From positions 251,421,442 to 251,485,441 of the forward strand of contig NC_058133.1 of NCBI RefSeq assembly GCF_016433145.1: a stretch of 64,000 nucleotides of DNA, written 5' to 3'. The stretch comes from Gracilinanus agilis (Eukaryota). Below, one piece after another: positions 50,431 to 64,000 of this stretch (positions within the stretch are counted from its first letter, which is position 1; every line of letters starts with the position of its first letter). Both the position numbers and the translations under genes were made by a program. Under the pieces are notes generated by a model. That model saw only the letters and a list, made by a program, of their open reading frames with translations, had not been told where the DNA came from and did not search any database.

Positions 50431-51300
50431 CTCCACTAAAGCCCGGCTGCACCCGGGATTGGTGCGCGCGCGTCCCCACTCGCCCAAGGTGACACCGCGC
50501 GCGCGCGCGCGCCCTTGCTCTCTCACTCGTCGCTCGCTCTCTTCTCAAGCTCAGACAGTACACCCTCCCCCCACCCCCTAGGACCTCCTCCACCTTCAGC
50601 AGGAAGCCGGCACGCAGGCGCACATAGAGGCAGCTAAGAAGGGGACGGAGTCTAAGGAGTGAGGCATAGGAGCGGAGGCGGGGCTTGGGGAATGCTGTTA
50701 GGTAGATGAGGGGAGGGGAGACGGAGGTTCGCGGAGAAGGGCATAAATAAGGAGAGAGAGTGAGAGAGAGAGGAAAAAAACCCACTATCTATTGGTTAGC
50801 GCAAGGGTATTAGCAAAGAGGCCCCAGGGAATCAGGGAACGCGAGCAAATCTCGTGAGATCGAGGAAGCCCGGTAGTGTCGAGAAAGATTCTCGCGACAA
50901 TTGGTTTTAGAGGTTGGAGGACAGGGAAAAATGAGGAAGCTCTCGCGAGATTTGAATGAACCTGAGGTAGCGGCGGCGGCGCCAGGAGCCCTGGGAGGGA
51001 GGAGAGGTTTGTAAACTGGGAATCCCCGTGGGGGAGCGGGCACCTCCTAGCAGGATGGAGGGACTTTGCAGGAGGGTTCTTTGGGCTCTTGGGATAACTT
51101 CACATCTGTAATTATTCCTGTCGCCCTCATCCCCTGTCTTTACTAGCTGGCCCACTTTTGATGTCCCTTGGGCCCAGGTGTCGGGGGCCGGAAGTCCCTT
51201 TTAAGGGATGAGTGGGGGGGGGGTCCCCGCAGGTCCGGAAGTGCTCTTTATCACTTCTTTCCTTTACCGGAAGTTCAACTTTTCATCTGTGTTTCCCCCT
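50431..51300. promoter_or_regulatory. CpG-island bidirectional promoter of SLC25A11 and RNF167
   Basis: CpG-rich. TCTCGCGAGA at 50941-50950 with variants at 50850-50859 and 50890-50899, ATTGG (CCAAT) at 50791 and 50900, and CCGGAAGT at 51188, 51235 and 51267. Confidence 0.8.
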
Positions 51301-51568
51301 ATAATCCTAAAACCACAAAACATCAGTGGACTTAGAGGCCCTTACTGTCCCACCTAATTCAGAATTCTCCTCCCACCTAGCGCCCTCTCCTCCCCCCCAC
51401 CCCCAGCACCACGGATAGTTCTGGCTGGGCCGAGGACGAGACTACCAGGCTGGGGAGGGATGTGCTTGGGGTGTGGGAAGTGGGCCGCAGCCACTGGAAC
51501 AGAATTCAGATCTCTTTTTGGCTACAGGACTCGGTCCTCCCCAGCCTCCGGCTGCTGCTGCTGCTACC

Positions 51569-55710
<4,142 letters not shown>

Positions 55711-55765
55711 TCTGAGCTTGCACTTCTCCCCCCTCAAGAATTTCCTGGGCTAGATTTTCACTGTT

Positions 55766-55775
55766 AATAAATAAA
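55766..55775 (+). terminator. RNF167: RNF167 polyadenylation signal (two overlapping AATAAA)
   Basis: AATAAATAAA about 55 nt after the stop codon. Confidence 0.8.
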
Positions 55776-56103
55776 GTTGCCTTGTATCTGGACCAGGGGT
55801 GGGGTCTTTCTCGGGACCCCTTCCTCCACAAATACCTTTAGGCTGGTTGTTTTTCTTGGGTAGTGGGGGGCTGGGAGCTATGTCCTAAAATCAGATGTCC
55901 CTAGTATAACTGGAATAACAACCAACATTACTTTCCTAGGACTCATTAGGAGGCTCTAATCCTCTAAAAAAGGGAAAAGGTACTCCCTCCCTCACCTTAG
56001 GAGTTTTGGAAGAGCAGTCTCCCAGACCCATTCCATAACAGTTATGCCTTTTCCCAGGAACCCAGATGGTAATGCCATCTTCCCAGTCCTCACCACACAC
56101 ACC

Positions 56104-56109
56104 TTTATT
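56104..56109 (-). terminator. PFN1: PFN1 polyadenylation signal
   Basis: TTTATT on + (AATAAA on -) about 285 nt after the PFN1 stop codon. Confidence 0.8.
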
Positions 56110-56149
56110 AGTAGAATCTTTTATTCATATTCCAATATAAGTTTCCAGA

Positions 56150-56213
56150 AAAAAAATTTCAAAAAAAAAAAAAAAAACAAAAACAAAAACAAAAACAAAA
56201 AAAAAACAAAAAA
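56150..56213 (-). repeat. PFN1: U-rich tract with (GTTTTT)n in the PFN1 3'UTR
   Basis: A-runs and (AAAAAC)n on the + strand. Confidence 0.85.
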
Positions 56214-56393
56214 CTTCCCAACTACACACAGGAAGGAGGTTCAAAAGGAGGGGGGTGGGGCTCGCCTGTCCATCCAGCCTGGGCCCCCCCCCCAGGTGTA
56301 GTTTTGGCAGCAACAAGTGGGTGGGGGAATGGCCCAAAAAACAAATGAGGGAAGTGGTGCAGAAGCGTTGGGGAAGGAGGGGGGCAAGGAGGG

Positions 56394-58821
<2,428 letters not shown>

Positions 58822-58974
58822 AGCGCTGGCGGTCTGGCTCTGCTGCTACTGCGGGAAGGGGGTGGCGGAGCTCGGGACACGCGCTGCTGTCCGGGCTCGC
58901 AGCTCCGTTCTCTCTGCTGCCTTCAGTTCTGCTTCCTGCTCGTCCTGCTGCTCCTCCTTCCCCCTCCCCCCTCC

Positions 58975-58999
58975 TTTTTTTTTTTTTTTTTTTTTTTTT
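58975..58999. repeat. Poly(dA:dT)25 tract upstream of PFN1
   Basis: 25 consecutive T on +. Confidence 0.92.
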
Positions 59000-60649
59000 G
59001 CAAACGACAGTGGAGGCGGGGCAGCCTCTTCTTCCCCCTCCCCCTACCCTGAGACCAAAAACTTTGCAAATAACAATTTTTCAAAATCCCCCTCCCCTCC
59101 CTTCTCTGTAGCCAAATTTGCTGAGTGCAATAAAAGGACCTCTGGGCGGGCGGCTGGGGAGGGGAGTGTAGGGTTAGGATGTGAGCCTCATCTTAGGGAA
59201 TAAATCAAACTCCGGTTAGGGATAAGAAGGGTGAAAAAGGGAGACTACGCAAGCCTCAAATAATGCAAATCGTAGGAAGTTCTGGCATAAACCGGGTTAA
59301 ATTTTTAACACTTTTTCGCCCCCAGCCCCCAGTTCGGACCTCTGGGATGGTTTACTCAGCCGCATGCGCTCGAAAGCCCAGGAGGAGCCGGAACTAGGGG
59401 AAGGCTGGGCGAGGCAAGCCGGGATGGAAGGAAAAGTCTCCTCCCAGCGTGCAGTAAAGGGGTGGCGATTGTGGAAGTGGAAATCGGGATCCGCAGCTGC
59501 GCCTGCGCGGGGATACGCATGCCCGGAATTTTTTTTACGGAAAGGAGTGGGGAAGGAGACGGGTCTCACTCCGGGAGAGTGGCGGCACGACGGTTCCCCT
59601 CCTCCCGCCAAGTGCAGCATTTTATTTTCTTTTATGCCAAGGAGAAAGTAGAGGAAGTTTTAGCGACTTTCCGCCATCGCCCCTCTGAGTCCTACACGTG
59701 CCATTCCCCATGCTCTTCGCAGCCTCTAGCCTAACAGGGGAAATATCCCTCCGCTTTCGGCTGGACAGGAGCCCCACCCACAGTGCGGGGCCTCCACGGT
59801 CCCTCACTGTTTGCCTCCCTCTGTTGCTGAGCTAGAGGCTGACTTGATTAGCCGGGGCTCAAGGAAGCTCCTGGAAGGGAGGGACTGGCTACCTTGGTGT
59901 GTAAGGGAAGAGAGGTACAGACGGGGACACGTAGAAGGAACTAGAGCCGGGGTAGCTTTTTTTTCTCCAAACTTTTGCCGGGACGTCCAGTGGCTTGCCA
60001 GCTTCCTGGCGCGCTGGGCACGGGGCGGGGTCGGGCGGGGCCGAAGCTATCGAGGCTACAGGGGTAGATGGAGCTAGCTTCTCCCCCCTTCCCCCAATCA
60101 GGGGCTTGGCCGCTTCCGGTCGGTTTGCTTCCACTTCATTTCCAGAAGCCACTGGGTCTCGACCTCCCATGTGGATCCTGGTGTCCGTCTCCACGGCCGG
60201 CAGCCGCCCTAACTCTTTCCCTGGGCGGTGCCGGATTCTAAGGCTCGTGGCAGGCACTCGCCTCCCGGGATCGCCAGATCTCGGCCCCCCACCTTACTCC
60301 TTTGCACTCACTGGAGGGCGGGGTGGAAAATAGTCGGAGTGGGGCGGGCCCTGATTCTGGGTGATAAGCTTTGGGGAAGGAGGGGCCTGGATGAGATAAA
60401 TGTAGTCTGCTTTGGGCTTAGATGGAAATGGGATTGTAGAGAGGGAGAAGCCGGAGACCCAGTGACTCAGACCAACTGATTGGAGGCGCAGACTGGGGCA
60501 GGGAGGATGGTGAGTCACGGAGTGTGAGTTTCCCTGGCGCCTGGGGGAAGAGAACTCTCGTCTGGGAGTAGGCTCTAAGAACTCCCAGCTGGGGCCCTTT
60601 GCTTATCTCCCTCTACAAACGGGCTTTACTCTCCTACTAAGGCGAAGAG

Positions 60650-61810
60650 AAACCAGAGGAGGCGGAGGGCTTCACATTTACTAGGGAAATTAACTGAGAG
60701 AAAGATTTAGAGTTCAAAAGCAGAAAGAAACAGAAAACTGACGGAGAGGTGCAAAGATAGACTTAGGAACAGGGGAACATTCCAAGAAAGATCGACTGAC
60801 TTGAAGATAAAAGAAGACAGATATGAAAATAGATTTAGGAATACAAATAATGTCACATAAAGACAGACTTGAAGATAAAGGGAGATTAGCAAAGGGAGAG
60901 ACCTACCCAAAGAAAGACAGAGGGAGGCAGAGATTAATTTCAAGACCAAGAGACAAACATTTATAGAAATTCATTCAGAGGTAGTGGGCACTAAGACAGA
61001 AAAGACATTGACACAGGAAAGCAGAAATAAAGATTTGGAAATAAACATGAGGAAACAGACTCAGAAACTCAAGAATAGAGGCAGACTTGGAAACCGACAA
61101 AGGGAAACAAAGAAACTTAGAAATGACAATACTTGGATAATCAAAGATAAGCACTGACAAGAAATAGACACAAGTGTATCATAGGATTAGAGGCAGAGGA
61201 GATGAGAAAACTGAGGCCTCCAATACTCAAGGTCACACACACGGACAGTAAATGACAGAAACAGAGGCTAAATTCGAGTTCTCTAACACCAAAAACCAGA
61301 ACTCTTGAATGTACCAGGATCTGAAGAAACTGGAGATGGATTTGGTGAAGCACAGTAAAACAAGCAGTGCCCAAATTATACAGTCTTTCAGTTAGAAAAC
61401 TTCGAAGGTCATCTACGCTTAACTTCCCAATGTAGGAGTCTCCTCAACAACCTGGACAGGTATTCAGTAAGCCTGTATTTGAACTAAATATTGAGAGGTA
61501 GACACAAATAGAAAAAGAGACACTGGGGAAAATTCAGATGAAGATAAAACACCAAGAGAGACATAGAGAGAGGCATAGGGGAACAGACTTGAAGAAATAG
61601 ATTCAACTACAAAGAAACTTAGCTGATAGAAAAACAAATATAGAGCAGAAAGCCACTAATAGAGACACAAAGGCTAGAGAAACAGCGAGTCTCAGAGATT
61701 CCAATAGAAATACAAGGAGATAGAAAAAAAGAGAACAGAGAGGGAAAGAGACAAAGATGGATCAAGAAAAAGACAAAAGACTGAGACCAAGAAAGTTGTG
61801 TGCCCATTAT
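60650..61810. repeat. About 1.2-kb purine-rich (AG/AGAC) low-complexity region
   Basis: Strong A/G bias on +. All minus-strand ORFs here are L/S/F-rich artefacts. Confidence 0.7.
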
Positions 61811-62332
61811 CTGAGAAGCACAAGGCTCCTCTCTTTTAGGTACAGATCCTTGAACAGGGAACAGAGGGAAGGGAGGAGCAGCTTTAAGAAACTTAAGTTT
61901 CTACCCCAGTGGTGGTAGAGAAAGACCCTGATCTCTCCCAATTTCTCACGAAGACCCAAAGACCCACAGCTGACAGTGCCTCCTTATGAGGAAGTATGTG
62001 GATAAGTGTAGCCTCCCCTCCCCCAAGACCCCTCAGCAGTCCATGCATGGAGGGGTAGAGGCTCAGGTTACCATCTGCCCTTTCCTAAAGGTCCATCTTT
62101 AACCTTTGCTGCTGGAAATTCAACCCAGGCAATGGGTGAGAGGAAGGCTTAATAGCACACACACACCCCATCCCAAATAAGCCCCTTTTGTGGGTGGTGA
62201 AATTAAGGGGAAGGGCAGCATTAGTGGGGGGTGGGGGAAGTGCCTAAGGAACGATGAATTTGCCTTTGGTGGGCAATTGCTGGTCGCTCCATCCGAGCAG
62301 GGGATAGGTAGGTAGGGGAGGGGCTGGGCAGA

Positions 62333-62434
62333 GGGGCGGGGTCAGCAATAAATGCCAGGCTTAGGAGTGATAGCCCGACACTGTCCCAGCAACAGTCCAT
62401 ACCCCGAGACCTTGTCTACGGACCGCCAGCTGTG
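62333..62434 (+). promoter_or_regulatory. ENO3: ENO3 proximal promoter and probable non-coding exon 1
   Basis: GC box at 62333-62341, TATA-like AATAAAT at 62347-62353, and a donor GTG|GTGAGA at 62434/62435. Confidence 0.6.
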
Positions 62435-62468
62435 GTGAGACCTCCTGGGCCCCAATCTAAAAGGAAGG

Positions 62469-62469
<1 letters not shown>

Positions 62470-62505
<36 letters not shown>
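62470..62505 (+). repeat. (TG)18 microsatellite followed by a GC-alternating run
   Basis: Read directly. Continues as CGAGCACGCGGGCGCGCGC to 62524. Confidence 0.95.
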
Positions 62506-62509
<4 letters not shown>

Positions 62510-63081
62510 CACGCGGGCGCGCGCAAGCTTTACCTTCTTTCTCCCACCCCCTACCTAAGGCTAAGATAGGAGAATGAGAAGGTTAGAGGGGAGGGGCTGG
62601 AGTTGGTTGAGTGGGAAAGAGGATGGAGGAGAGCCTAAAAGAAAAGAGGGTTTGGGGGAAATGGAACAAAGGGAGAGGGAGATGGGGTAAGCCAAGAAGT
62701 GAGAATGATGGGGAGGAATGTGGGTAGGATGGGAGTGGGAGGAGGGGTACAATAGAGAGAGAAGAACAGAACAAGACTCGGGGAGTAGAGGAAGAATAAA
62801 GAGATGGGAGAACTAAGGGAATTAGAAGTGGTGTTGTAGATTAAGATAAGAGGTATGGTACTGGGGTACTGGAGGTGGGGACATGGATAGGGTGGCAGGA
62901 TAACGGGGATGAAATGAAGGGAAAGAGAAGAGTATGGAAAAGTGTGTGGGGGGAAGATGAAAAAGATTTGGGAGCAATTAAAAGGGAAAAGATTTTCTAC
63001 TCTAAGTTGGTGGGGGGGATGGGAGGAGTTCTGAATAAGGAAAGGGAGCTGAGCCTCTCTGGTCTATGACCTTTCTCAAGG

Positions 63082-63091
63082 CTATTTTTAG
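63082..63091 (+). promoter_or_regulatory. ENO3: MEF2 site of the ENO3 intron-1 muscle enhancer
   Basis: CTATTTTTAG fits the MEF2 consensus YTA(W)4TAR. A G-rich box lies at about 63007-63028. Human ENO3 has an established intron-1 enhancer with MEF2 and a G-rich element. Confidence 0.7.
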
Positions 63092-63204
63092 AACCAGCAC
63101 CTGCTTTCCTGGCTTGGGGAAAGACTTAAAGGGCATGGGATTTTCTTTTCTTTTTTTTTTCTTTTGGTCCTTTAAAAGCTTCTTCACTGACAAAGTCGAC
63201 AGCC

Positions 63205-63891
<687 letters not shown>

Positions 63892-64000
63892 GTAATAGTT
63901 AAGGGGATTGCTGGAAATTACCCAAATCTACCCACACCCCTATTCTTCATACTTTCTCCTGTCTCATCCTCCACTCCCATTGCCAATGAGCTGGGCCTCT

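Noticed and set aside
50431-50526. In-frame Arg-rich N-terminal extension of SLC25A11 from a GTG, resembling a presequence
   Set aside because: Explained by GC/CG-repeat composition of the 5'UTR. The ATG at 50430 already gives the standard 314-aa carrier, and this family uses internal targeting signals.
58862-60479. Several 88-122 aa ORFs in the PFN1-ENO3 CpG island
   Set aside because: Expected by chance in GC-rich DNA. They overlap in several frames and show no domain signal.

Overview
This is vertebrate genomic DNA, not prokaryotic. The SINE and L1 families point to a marsupial, most likely a didelphid opossum (inference from recalled repeat consensus sequences). The window is the conserved block equivalent to human 17p13.2. 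In order: the 3' 29 exons of MINK1 (+), complete CHRNE (-, 12 exons, 494 aa) with a 3-exon C17orf107 orthologue nested antisense in intron 8, a repeat-dense intergenic segment with a decayed HSPA8 retrocopy, GP1BA (+), SLC25A11 (-) head-to-head with RNF167 (+), PFN1 (-), and the first three coding exons of ENO3 (+). I traced all exons by hand from GT-AG boundaries and reading-frame continuity. I found no wholly new gene system. The strongest leads are: (1) GP1BA has AGG where eutherians have the start ATG, so it probably uses a small coding first exon; (2) the uncharacterised nested gene C17orf107 keeps an intact spliced ORF; (3) the acetylcholine receptor epsilon subunit carries unusual ligand-site and pore substitutions; (4) GPIb-alpha has a 42-45 aa mucin repeat unlike the human one; (5) a hAT MITE with perfect terminal repeats sits in MINK1. 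Comparisons with human or mouse sequences come from memory and need confirmation by alignment.
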